From Carcharhinus amblyrhynchos (Eukaryota), in contig OZ336883.1 in the NCBI GenBank assembly GCA_965287045.1, forward strand, positions 47,306,001 through 47,370,000: 64,000 bases of DNA, in the 5' to 3' direction. Below, in pieces: positions 38,501 through 50,624 of the stretch (position 1 is its first letter; every line of letters starts with the position of its first letter). A model generated the notes under the pieces. The model ran no database searches. It was not told the DNA's origin and worked only from the letters and a program-made list of their open reading frames with translations. The position numbers and the translations under genes were made by a program.

Positions 38501-40293
38501 TTTGCAGATTATATGAGTAAAAACCAGCTGTATGCTTAACTGCATTGGTGAAATAGAAAGGGAAATACTGGTGGTGGTGAAAGGGAAGAGGAGATGAGTC
38601 AACATATAGTAAGGGAAGTCAACTTAACCACAAGAGTGTTCTGCAAGTTCATACAGGAATACATTCATTCAGCTGTTGGTTAGGGAAGAGTTGAATATTG
38701 GCCTGTGTTTTAATAAATCACTAAAATATTTCTAACAGTCCTACTGTCATGCAGATTATTCTAGACCACACACTGATTGAATACAATAGGAATCACTTCA
38801 CCACATAGACAGCTTTGTCACCCAGTTTTTGGTTTTATTCATGTTGAGATATTTACTTTGCTAGGTTTTGGGAAGTTTGTTCTTAAAAGGGAAAATTCTC
38901 TTTGCCGTCAACAGGACTGGACAAACCAGCACAATTATGCAAAGCAAATAGCTACCTACAAGAAGGAACAATATAGGCCACCAATGGTGTAAGCTGGCCC
39001 ACAAGCATGGAGTTCCACCTCACGCATTAATACATTGCCATCCTGCCGGAATTTCTTGCTGAAGAGAAACTGGAAGCAATAATTAGGCAAGGCATAATTA
39101 AAAATCAATATTCATCTCAAAAGGAAACAGTGAACAATAGAAGATAACACGCTGTCTCTTGAACTTGTTCTGAGCTTCAGAAGAAAACCACAGAAGGTTA
39201 AAGATAGCAAGATCAGCATGGGATGGGGAATTGAAGGGAAATCTCAAATTTGCAGCATTACAAAATGGAAGTTTTCATTGAAGTTGCCAACCAATTTGTA
39301 TTAGCTCCTTCTAATGTAAAGGGGTGAATCCAACATGCTAGATTAGCAGAAATACTTATAAATTTCTGACCTTTTTTATGCATGGGATGTGAGCAGCACT
39401 GGCAAAGCCAACATTTATTGTCCATCCCTGATCCCCCTTCAGAAAATGGTGATGAGCTGCCTTTTTGAAATGTCAGCACTGCTGCCTCACAACCCTAGGG
39501 ACCTAGGTTCAATTCCAGTCTCGAGGGATGGTCTGTGTGAAGTTTGCATGTTCTCCCCATGTGTGCTTGGGTTTCTTCTATGTGCTCCAGTTTCCTCCCA
39601 CACACCAAAGATGGCAGGTTAAGTGGATTTACCATGCTAAATTTCTCCTTGGAAAAAGTCAAGGGAACTAACTGGGTAAATAGGGTAAACTGAGTTATGG
39701 GGATAGGGCCTGTGTGGGATTATTGTTGATGCAGACTCAATGGGCTGAATGGCCTCCTTCTACATTGTAGCAATTCTATGATTCTATGCTGCAGTCCTTG
39801 TGGTGTAATTACATTTACAGTGTTGTAGGGAAGAAGTTCCTGGATTTTGCCCTAATGAAAATGAAGGAATGAAGATATAATTCCAAGTCAGGATGGTGTG
39901 TGGTTTGGAGGGCTCTTGCAGGTGGTCGTGTTCCCATGCATCTGCTGCCCTTGTCCTTCTAGATGGTAGAGGTTGTGATATGGAAAGTGCAATCAAAGGA
40001 GCCTTGGTGAATTGCTACTGTGCGTTGGTGGTGGAGGGAGTGAATGTTGGAGGTGGTGAATGATGTGCCAATCAAGCAGGCTGCTTTGTCCTGGATGGTG
40101 TTGAGTGTCTTGAGTGTTGACAGAGCTGCAGTCATCCACGCAAGTAGAGTATCCCATCATAGTCCTGACTTGTGCCTTGTAGATGGTGGATAGGCGAGTC
40201 AGGAGTTGAGTGATTTGATACAGAATTCCTAGCCTTTGATCTGCTCCTGTAGTCACAATATTTACATGGCTAATCCAGTTCAGTTTCTGGTCA

Positions 40294-43200
40294 CTGGGGA
40301 TAATGTGGTTAAGGGTATTGACACTGTCCTTTGTCACAATGACAAAGAGCACAGAAGGGTGTGTTGTCTGCCTGGTGCTCGGGTCCAGGATGTCGCATCT
40401 GGGCTGCAGAGGAACCTGGAGTGGGAGGGTGAGAATCCGGTCGTTGTGGTACATGTGGGTGCCAACGACGTAGGCAAAATGCGAACTGAGGATCTGGGGA
40501 GGGAGTATGAAAAGCTGGGAATGGAATTAAAAAGTAGAACCGACAAGGTGGTTATCTCTGGACTACTGCCTGAACCGTGTGCAGACGGGCGTAGGGTTGA
40601 TAAGATTAAGCAAGTGAATGGGTGGCTCAGAGATTGGTGTGGGAGGAATGGGTTTGAATTTATGGGATATTGGCACCAATATTGGGGTAGGTGGGACCTG
40701 TTCAGGTGGGATGGGGTTGGTCTGAACCGTGCTGGGACCAGAGTCCTGGCGAATCGTGTAGATAAGACTGTAGATAGGGCTTTAAACTAATTGGGGGGGG
40801 GCGGTGGAGGGTGCGAGGGTAGGTGAAATTACAGGGTCTAAAGTAAAGGAGAGGGTACAGGTACGGGAAGAGGCCAAGGATGTCCCAATAATAAAGGGAG
40901 TAGGGTGCGTGAGTAAGGTTGGTGGCATTCCTGCAAATAGAGTCCAGGTGAAGGCTGGGATGAAGGCACTTTATCTGAATGCACGAGGCATTTGGAATAA
41001 AGTGAATGAGCTGGTGGCGCAGATCAGCACAAATGGATATGATCTGGTGGCCATTACAGAGACGTGGCTGCAGGGTGACAGGGACTGGGAGCTGAATGTA
41101 CAGGGGTATCAAGTGTTTAGGAAGGATAGGCGGGAGGGAAAAGGGGGGGGCATAGCTCTGCTGATTAAGGATAGCATCACGGTGGTAGCAAGGGATGATA
41201 TTGGAGCCAAAGAGCAGAAAGTGGAATCGTTGTGGGTGGAGATTAGGAACAGCAAAGGGAGGAAGATGCTGGTGGGTGTCGTCTATAGGCCCCCAAATAA
41301 TGATCTGGAGTTGGGGCGGGCTATTAATGCGCAAATAAATGCGGCGTGCAGGAATGGAACGGCGATAATTATGGGGGATTTCAATCTACATATTGATTGG
41401 TTGACCCATGTGGATGTGGTGGGCTTGAGGAAGAGTTCTTGGAACGCTGCCGGGATAGTTTCCTTGAACAGTGTGTGTTGGAGCTGACGAGGGAGCGAGC
41501 TATCTTGGCTCTGGTGTTATGTAATGAGGCGGGTAGAATTAGGGACCTTGTGGTGAAGGATTCTCTTGGGAAGAGTGATCATTGTATGGTGGAGTTTCTG
41601 ATGCAGATGGAGGAGAAGAAAGTGGGCTCCCGGACCTGTGTCCTTTGTTTGAACAGAGGGGAGTACGATAGGATGAGAGAGGAATTGGCGAATGTTGATT
41701 GGGGGAGCACATTGGAAGGTAGGTCTGCTGAGGAACAGTGGAGGATCTTTAAGGAGATCTTTCTTGGTGCTCAGCAGAAATTTATTCCAATGTTTAAAAA
41801 GGATCGTAGGAGGAGAGATAATCAGCCGTGGATAACGAAGGAGGTAAAGGAGAGTATTAAATTAAAAGCGGATGCGTTTAGAGTAGCTAAGAATAGTGGG
41901 CGAGAAGAGGATTGGGAGAGGTTTAAATATCAACAAAGAATGATGAAGAAGTTGATAAAGAAAGGAAGGTTAAACTATGAAGCTGGGCTAGCGCTAAATA
42001 TAAGAAAGGATAGTAAGAGTTTTTATAAATATATAAAAAGGAAGAGGCTGACTAGGGTGAACGTTGGACCCTTAGAGAATGAGAGGGGTGACTTAGTGGT
42101 AGGGGATGGGGAAATGGCTGAGGCCTTGAATAACTTTTTTGTTTCGGTCTTCACGGAGGAGGACGTGAATAGTTTGCCGGGTGTTAGCAATGGAAAGATG
42201 GTAGAAGTGGAGGGTCTGAATGACATTATTGTCACTAGAGAGGCAGTGCTCAACAGACTGGAGGGACTGATTGTGGACAAGTCCCCAGGACCGGATGGAA
42301 TGCATCCAAGGGTTCTGAAAGAAATGGCAGAGGTGATAGTGGATGCCTTGATGATTATTTTCCAAACCTCGCTGGATTCCGGGGAAGTGCCAGAAGATTG
42401 GAAAACGGCTAATGTTACGCCGTTGTTTAAGAAGGGTAGCAGGCAAAAGGCCGGTTAGTTTAACATCTGTTGTAGGTAAAATGCTCGAATCCGTTATCAA
42501 GGAGAAAATAGCGAGGCATCTTGAGGAGAATTGTTTGATAGAGCAGACACAGCACGGTTTCGTTAAGGGGAAGTCGTGTCTGACAAATTTATTGGAGTTC
42601 TATGAGGATGTGTCTAGGGCGGTGGATAGAGGAGAGCAGGTAGATGTGGTGTTTCTTGATTTTCAGAAGGCGTTTGATAAGGTGCCGCACAAGAGGTTAT
42701 TACAGAAGGTTAGGGGGTATGGAGTTGGGGGTAGGGTGTTAGCATGGATAGGGGATTGGCTGTCAAATAGGAGGCAGGGAATGGGTGTCAATGGGTGCTA
42801 TTCGGATTGGCGGTTGGTGACTAGTGGAGTGCCCCAGGGGTCGGTGCTGGGGCCTCAGCTATTTACCATTTATATAGATGATCTGGAGGAGGGAACCGAG
42901 TGTATGGTGTCGAAATTTGCTGATGACGCCAAGATTGGTGGAATGGCAAATTGTGCAGAGGGTGTGGGAAGTCTGCAGAGGGATCTAGATAGGCTGGGCG
43001 AATGGGCCAGGAAATGGCAAATGGAATTTAATGTTGGCAAGTGTGAAGTTGTCCACTTAGGTAGGAATAATGGTAGGAAGGACAATTACTTACGTGGCGA
43101 AAAACTGCAGCAGGCGACGGTGCAGAGGGACCTCGGGGTCCTTGTGCATGAGTCGCAAAAACCCAGCCTGCAGGTACAGCAGGTGGTCAGGAAGGTGAAT

Positions 43201-43861
43201 GGGATGCTGGCCTTCATAGCGAGGGGGATTGAATATAAAAGTAGGGAGGTCTTGCTGCAACTGTACAGGGCACTGGTGAGGCTGCAGCTGGAGTACTGTG
43301 TGCAGTTTTGGTCGCCGCACTTACGCAAGGATATTTTGGCCTTGGAGGGAGTGCAGAGGAGGTTTACTAGGCTGATACTGGAGTTGAGGGGGTTGAACTA
43401 TGAGGAGAGGCTGAATAAACTAGGCTTGTACTCGTTAGAGTTTAGAAGAATGAGGGGAGATCTCATTGAGACATATAAGATGATGGATGGGATGGATAGG
43501 ATAGAGGTGGAGAGGCTCTTCCCGCTCAGAAAGGACAGTAGGACTAGAGGGCACAGCCTCAAGATAAGGGGGGGCAGTTTAGAACGGAGTTGAGGAGGAA
43601 CTTCTTCACTCAAAGGGTGGTGAATCTCTGGAATTCTCTGCCCGTTGAAGTGGTGGAGGCTGCCTCACTAAATATATCTAAGACGTGGGTAGATAGGTTT
43701 TTGATAGGCAAGGGGATTAGGGGTTATGGGGAGAGGGCGGGAAAGTGGAACTGAGCCACGACAGATCAGCCATGATCTTATTGAATGGCGGGGCAGGCTC
43801 GAAGGGCTAGATGGCCTACTCCTGCTCCTATTTCTTATGTTCTTATTTCTTAAGTTCTTAT
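40294..43861 (+). mobile_element. Near-full-length young CR1 LINE: ORF1 SGNH esterase C-terminus plus ORF2 (APE endonuclease-RT) with about 3 frameshifts
   Basis: ORF1 has CLPGARVQDV, VHVGAND and VVISGLLP, with a stop at 40790. ORF2 has YLNARG, AITETW, MGDFN, SDH, PQGSVLGP and FADD. (ttcttatg)n tail. GTCA is duplicated at 40290-93 and 43862-65. Confidence 0.96.
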
Positions 43862-44960
43862 GTCAATGGTAACCACAAGGATGTTGATAGTGGGGGATTT
43901 AGTGACTGTAAAGCCATTGAGTGTCAAGGGGGCAATGGTTAAGACTGCTGTCTCACAGCGCCAGAGTTTGGGTTCAATTCCATCCTCGGATGGTTGTCTA
44001 TTTGGAGTTTGCACATTCTCCCTGTGTCTGCGTGGGTTTCCTATGGGTACTCCAACTTCTTTCCACATTCAAAAGATGTGTGGGTTAGGTTGATTGAACA
44101 TGGTATATTGTCTCTTAATGTCAGGGAATTAGCAGGGTAAATATGAGGGATTACCTAGATAGGGCCTCAATGGGACTGATGTCTGTGCAGACTCTGCATA
44201 GTAGGGATTCTAAATAGGAAGATGGTTAGATTCTCTCTTGATGGTGATGGCCATTGTCTGACACTTATGTGACACAAATGTTAACTCCCACTTGTCAACC
44301 CAAGCTTGAATTCTGTCCAGATCTTGTTGTGTATTGACAAGACTGCTTCAGTGTCTGAAGATTGTGAATGGTACTGGACATTGTGTCATTATCAATGAAC
44401 ATCCCCATTCTGACCTTATGATGGAGGGAAGATAATCGAGGAAGCAGCTCAACATGCTCGGACACTACTTGATCATCTCCTGCAATAATATCCAAGGACT
44501 GAGATGATTGGCCTCTAACAACCACAGCCATCTTCTTTTGTGATAGGTATGATTCAACCAGTGGAGAATTTTCCCCTGATCCCCATTGACTGCATTCTTG
44601 CTCCTTGATGCCATGTTTAATGGAATGTTGTCTTGATGTCAAGGGCAGTCACTCTCATCTCAGCTCTGGAATTCAGCTCTCTTGTCCATGTTTGAGCTAA
44701 AGGTACAAAGAGGTCAGGAGCTGAGTCGCCTTGGTAGAACCTGTGAGTGTCAGTGAGCAGGTTGTTTCTGTGTACGTGCTGCTTGATAGCGCAATAAATG
44801 ACCCAGACCTTCCTTCACATTATTAATGATTGTGAGTAGACTGATGGGGGGGGTGGTAATTGGCTGGGTTCGATTTGTCCTGTTTTTTGATTTGTCCTAG
44901 TGATAGTGGTGTCTGGGACATTGCTGTAGGATTCCACAAGTATGAAACTGTTGCTTTGAT

Positions 44961-46021
44961 TAACTAACAGAAAACAAAGAGTGGGGATAAATAAGTGTTT
45001 TTTTGTTCGGTGATCAGTGAGTAGTAGTGTGCCTCAGGGGTCAATGTTGGGGCTGCAATTGTTTACAATTTACATAGATGATTTGGAGTTGGGGACCAAG
45101 TGTGGTGTGTCAAAGTTCACAGATGATACTATGAGTGGTAGAGCAAAGTGTGCAAAAGACATGAAAATCCGCACAGGGATATAGATATTTTAAGTGAGAG
45201 GGCAAGGGTTGGCAGATGGAGTACAATGTTGGTAAATGAGAAGTCATCCATTTTTGGTAGGAATAACAACAATATGGACTATTATTTAGATGATAAAAAA
45301 TGCAGCATGCTGCTGTGCAGAGGGATCTGGGTGTTCTTGTGCATTAATCGCAAAAGATTGCTTTGCAGGTGCAGCAGGTAATTAAGAAGGCAAATGGAAT
45401 TTTGTCCTTCATTGTTAGAGGAATGGAGTTTAAAAACGGGGAGGTTTTGTTGCGCTACTCCAGATAAAGATATCTGGAGTAGCGCATTCAGTTTTGGTCT
45501 CATTATTTGAAAAATAACGTATTGGCCCTTGAGGAGATACACTAAATTGATTCCTGAGTTGAGAGGGTTGTCTTGTGAGGAGGAACTGAGTAGACTGGGA
45601 CTATACTCATTGGAATTTAGAAGAATTGGGGGGGGCATCTTATAGAAACATATAAAATTATGAAGGGAATAGATGAGATAGAAGCAGAGAGGTTGTTTCC
45701 ACTCGCGGGTGAAACTAGAATTAGGGGCCATCACCTCAAACTAAAGAGCAGATTTCAGACTGAGTTGAGGAGGAACTTCTTCACCCAAAGGTTTGTGAAT
45801 CTTTGGAATTCCCTGCCACGTGAAGCAGTTGAGGCTATCTCGTTGAATGTTTATAAGGCAAAGATAAATAGACTTTTGAACAGTAAAGGAACTAAGGGTT
45901 ATGGTGAGCGGGCGTGTAAGTGAAGCTGAGTCCACAGAAAGATCAGCCATGATCTTATTGAATGGCAAAGCAGGCTCAAGGGGCCATGTGCCCTACTCCT
46001 GCTCCAAGTTTTTATGTTCTT
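44961..46021 (+). mobile_element. CR1 3' portion, degenerate
   Basis: RT motifs and a CR1 tail. Confidence 0.88.
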
Positions 46022-47973
46022 AATTAGTCTATTAAACAGCTCTCCAAATTTTGGCACAAGCTCCAGATGTTAGTGAGGAGAACCTTACAGGTTTGACAGG
46101 GCTGAGTTTGCCACTGTCCCTTCTGGTGCCCAGGTTGGTGCCAGCTGGTCTGTCCAGTTCATTCTTTTTGTAGACTTTGTATCAGTTTGATACAACTGAG
46201 TGGCATGTAGGAGTCAATCACAAAGTTGTGGGTCTGGAGTTGCATATAGCTAAACTGGTAAGGGTGGCAGGTTTCCTTCCCTAAAGGACATTAGTCAGAG
46301 AATCCCTATAGTGCAGAAGGAGGACATTTGGTCCATCAAGTCTGCACTGACTCTTTGAAAGAACATCTTACCCATGTCATCCCATCCCCGTAATCCCACG
46401 TATTTACCCGGCTAATTCCCCTAACCTATGCATCTTTGGACATTAAGGGGCAATTTAGCATGGCCACATCTTTGGGAGGAAACGGGAACACCCGGAGGAA
46501 ACCCACACAGACACAGGGAGAATGTGCAAACTCCTCACAGACAGTCATCCAGGACTGGAATCCAGATCCCTGGTGCTGTGAGGTAGCAGTGCTAACCACT
46601 CTGCCACCGAATTGTGAACAAGTTGGGTTTTTATGACAACTATTTCACATTTTACAAATACAACTCCTATTTACAATACAGGTCTATTAGAAACTTGATT
46701 TTTAAAAATAATTATTTTGTTGTAGGCATTGCTGGCAAGGCTAGCATTTATTGCCTATCCCAATTTGTCCTTGGACTGCATAACTTGTTAAGACATTTCA
46801 GAGGGGCACATAAAAGTAAACCTGTGGGTATGAGGCCAGGCAAGGTAAGGATAGCAGATTTCCTTCCCTTAAAGATATTAGTGAACCAGATTTTTTTAAT
46901 AACAAATTTTGATGTCTGTCATGTCCACCATTGCCAAGATTAGCTTTTGAATTCCAGGTTTATGGATGAAATTTAAATTCCAGTAGCATGCCATGATGTA
47001 ATTTTAACCTATGTATGCAGAGACTTGGCCTCTGGATGACTACAGTCATAGAGTCGTACAGTGCAGAAAAGGCCCTTCAGTCCATCGAGTCTGCACTGAC
47101 AACTACCACTAAAGTCTTGCTAATCCCATTTTCCAGGCCTTGTCCCATATTCTTGAATTTTATGATACTTTAAGTGCTCATTCAAACACTTTTAAAAAAT
47201 GGTTAGGTTTCCAGTCTCCTTTACCTTCCTAGACATTGCATTCCAGATTTTCACCACCCTCTTGAGTGAAAACATACTCATGGTGCTGTGATGGTTATTA
47301 TGTGATGGATCACCTCTTCGTTATCCTATTGAATGATTCTTGACTCTCATATTTTCCCCACCTCCAATATTTTTATAAGTAATTAGTGAAAGTGTTCATT
47401 TGGGTACAAGATGCTCCTGAATCTGCATGTAATGTGATTTGAAAGAAATAAAAAATAGGAAAAACTGGAAGTAGTTTGACGGCATTGGTGCAGAAACACA
47501 GAGATAATTCAGGTTGTTGTGTTTTAAAATTAATTTATTACTCATAAATAAGCTCACATTAACACTGCAATGAAGTTACTGTGAAAATCCCCTAGTTGCC
47601 ACACTAGCGTGTTTGGATACACTAAGGGAGAATTTAGCATGACCAATGCACCTAACCAGCATGGCTTTCAGACTGTGGGAGGAAACCACAGCACCCGGAG
47701 GAAACCCACACAGACACAGGAAGAACGTGCACACTGCGCACAGACAGTGACCCAATCCGGGAAGCGAACCCAGATTCCTAGCACTGTGAAGCAGCAGTAC
47801 CAACCACTGTGTCACCCATGTCACAGAGGTAAAATTTTAACCCTATCTTACTCTGTCAATATTTTCTGTTTATATTTCGCATTTCCAGTATCTACACTGT
47901 TTGTCCTTGAGACTGACATAGTACTTGACTGGGACAGAGCTCTAGATGCTCATTGATGGCAGGTTGACACTCT

Positions 47974-48081
47974 GTAAGAAGTCTCACAACACCAGGGTAA
48001 AGTCCAACAGGGTTTATTTGGTAGCTGGTGTTGTGAGACTTCTTACTGTGTTTACCTGGTCCAACGCCGGCATCTGCACAT
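47974..48081. mobile_element. Penelope-like element terminal fragment forming a 22-bp perfect inverted repeat
   Basis: Arms are GTAAGAAGTCTCACAACACCAG (47974-95) and CTGGTGTTGTGAGACTTCTTAC (48025-46). The sequence matches the 3' end of the Penelope copy at 60258-60310. Confidence 0.8.
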
Positions 48082-48335
<254 letters not shown>

Positions 48336-48356
48336 TGAGGTCCATCCCGCCGGCAG

Positions 48357-48382
48357 CACACACACACACACTCACACACACA
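48357..48382 (+). repeat. (CA)n microsatellite at the start of PSMA6 intron 1
   Basis: cacacacacacacactcacacacaca. Confidence 0.85.
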
Positions 48383-50421
48383 ACCCGCTCAGTCATCACT
48401 AGGCCCATCCCCCACAATGTGGAGATGCCGGCGTTGGACTAGGGTAAGCACAGTAAGTGCCATCCCCCACAGCAAGGCGCCGGGGAGAAGCTGGGGCGGG
48501 GGGAAGGTGATAAGGGAGGGGGTAAACTGGAGTAAGGAAGACGGGTTGGGAGAGGAGGGGGGGATGGAGTGGCATTGGTCCTTAGGGTTGGGGGGGGGGA
48601 GGGGGAATGGAATAGTATTGGTACTTGGATAGGGGAGACTAGGGGGAAGGTGCTGACCCAAAAGTTAAAATTCTAAATTGCGGCAAGGCCAATTTTGATG
48701 GCATCAGACAGGAACTTTCAGAAGTTGATTGGGGCAGGTAAAGGGACGTCTGATAAGTGGGAGACTTTCAAAATTGTGTTAACTAGGGTTCAGGTTAAGC
48801 ACATTCCATTTAGAGTGAAGGGCAAGGCTGGTAGAAGTAGGGAACCCTAGATGACTCGGGGATATTGAAGCCCTGGTGAAAAGGAAGAAGGAGGCATATG
48901 CCACACATAGGCAGCTGGGATCAAGTGAATCCCTTGAAGAGTATAGACGGTGTCGAAATAGAGTTGAGAGAGAAATCAGGAGGGAAAGAGCGGACATGAG
49001 GTTGTTTTGGCATATCAGGTGAAAGAGAATCCAAAGGGGTTCTACAAATACATGAAGGACAAAAGAGTAACTCAGGAAAGAATAGGATCTCTTAAGGATC
49101 AATGAGGTCATCTATGTGTGGATCCACAAGAGATGGGTGAGATCTGAAGTGAATATTTCTCATCAGTATTTACTGTTGAGAGAGGCATGGATGTTAGGGA
49201 GTTTGGGGAATAAACAGTGATATCTTGAGGAGTGTACATCTGACAGAAGGTGCTGCTAGAAGTCTTAAAGCACATCAAGGTAGATAAAATCCCCAGGACC
49301 TGATGAAGTGTATCCCAGGATGTTGTGGGAAGCTAGGGAGGAAATTGCGGGTCCCCTAACGGAGATATTTGAATCATTGTCAGCCACAAGTGAGGTATGT
49401 GAAGATCAAAGGGTAGCAAATGTTGTGCCTTTGTTTAAGAATGGCTGCATGGAAAAGCCTGGGGACTACAGGCTGATGAGCCTAATGCTTGTAGTGGGTA
49501 AGTTGTTAGAAGCTATTCTGAGAGACAGTATTTACAGGCATTTAGAGAAGCAAAGACTGATTAGAGACGGTCAGTATGGCTTTGAGAGTGGAAGATCATG
49601 CTTTTCAAATTTGATAGAGTTTTTTGAAGGGGTAATCAAGAAGGTAGATGAGGGCAGTGCAGTCGATGTTGTCTACATGGACTTTAGCAAGGACTTTGAC
49701 AAGGTACCGCATAGTTGGTTGTTGCATACAGTTAAATCTTATGGGATCCAGCATGAGGTAGCCAATTGGATACTAAATTGGCTTGATGACAGAAGACAGA
49801 GGGTAGTTGTAGAGTGTTATTTTTCAAACTGGAGGTCCAAGACCAGCAGTCTGCCTTGGTGCTCGTGCTGGGTCCACTGCTATTTGTCGTTAATATAAAT
49901 GACTTGTATGGGAATTTGGGAGGCGTGGTTAGTAAGTTTGCAGATGGTATCAAAATTGGTGGCATGGTGGACAATGAAGAAGGTTATCTTGGATTGCAAT
50001 GGAATCTTGATCAATTGGGCCACTGGGCAGATGAATGGCAGATGGAGTTTAATTTAGATAAATGAGAGGTAGTGCATTTTGGCTGATCGAACCAGGGCAG
50101 GATTTACTCAGTTAATGGTAGGGTGTTGGTGAGAGTTATAGAACAAAGAGGTGTAGGGGTGCAGGTTCATAGCTCTTTGAAAGTGAAGTCAGAGATGGAC
50201 AGCATGGTGAAGAAGGCATTCAGCATGCTTGGTTTCATTGGTCAGAATATTGAATACAGGATTTGGGACGTCTTGTTGAAGTCTTACAAAGCATTGGTAA
50301 GGCCACACATGGAATATTGTGTACAGTTCTGGTCACCCTATTGTAGAAAGGATATTATTAACTTAGAGAAAGTGTGGAAAAGATTTACCAAGATGCTACT
50401 GGGACTTGATTTGAATTAAAA

Positions 50422-50624
50422 ATGTGGAGATGCTGATATTGGACTGAGGTAGGCACAGTAAGAAGTCTCATAACACCAGGTTAAAGTCCAACAGGTTTAT
50501 TTGGAATCATGAGGTTTTGGAGCACTGCTCCTTCATCACTCACCTGATGAAGGAGCAGCACTCTGAAAGCTTGTGATTCCAAATAACCTGTTGGACTTTA
50601 ACGTGGTGTTACGAGACTTCTTAC
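50422..50624. mobile_element. Penelope-derived palindromic insert with a hammerhead ribozyme motif
   Basis: About 82-bp inverted arms (50456-50538 / 50545-50626). Imperfect 10-bp TSD TGAATTAAAA/TGAGTTATAA in the host CR1. Confidence 0.8.
50540..50576 (+). ncRNA. Minimal type-I hammerhead ribozyme motif (Penelope-associated)
   Basis: TCAC-CTGATGA-A-GGAG(CAGCA)CTCT-GAAA-GC-TT-GTGA: CUGAUGA and GAAA core, stem II, stem I TCAC/GTGA, and a palindromic AGCT in place of stem III. Confidence 0.6.

Larger units (their letters stand above)
39370..46650 (-). mobile_element. Second-family LINE, spanning 5' region to 3' tail with an internal deletion, hosting five younger insertions
   Basis: Host pieces rejoin across HE1 (39472-39788), CR1 (40294-43861), HE1 (43931-44215), CR1 (about 44961-46021) and HE1 (46295-46613). 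Contains RT motifs DQKLNW..YKAQVR and GMFIDND, and an endonuclease start LLTNIW..GEL..ILVESY. Confidence 0.8.
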
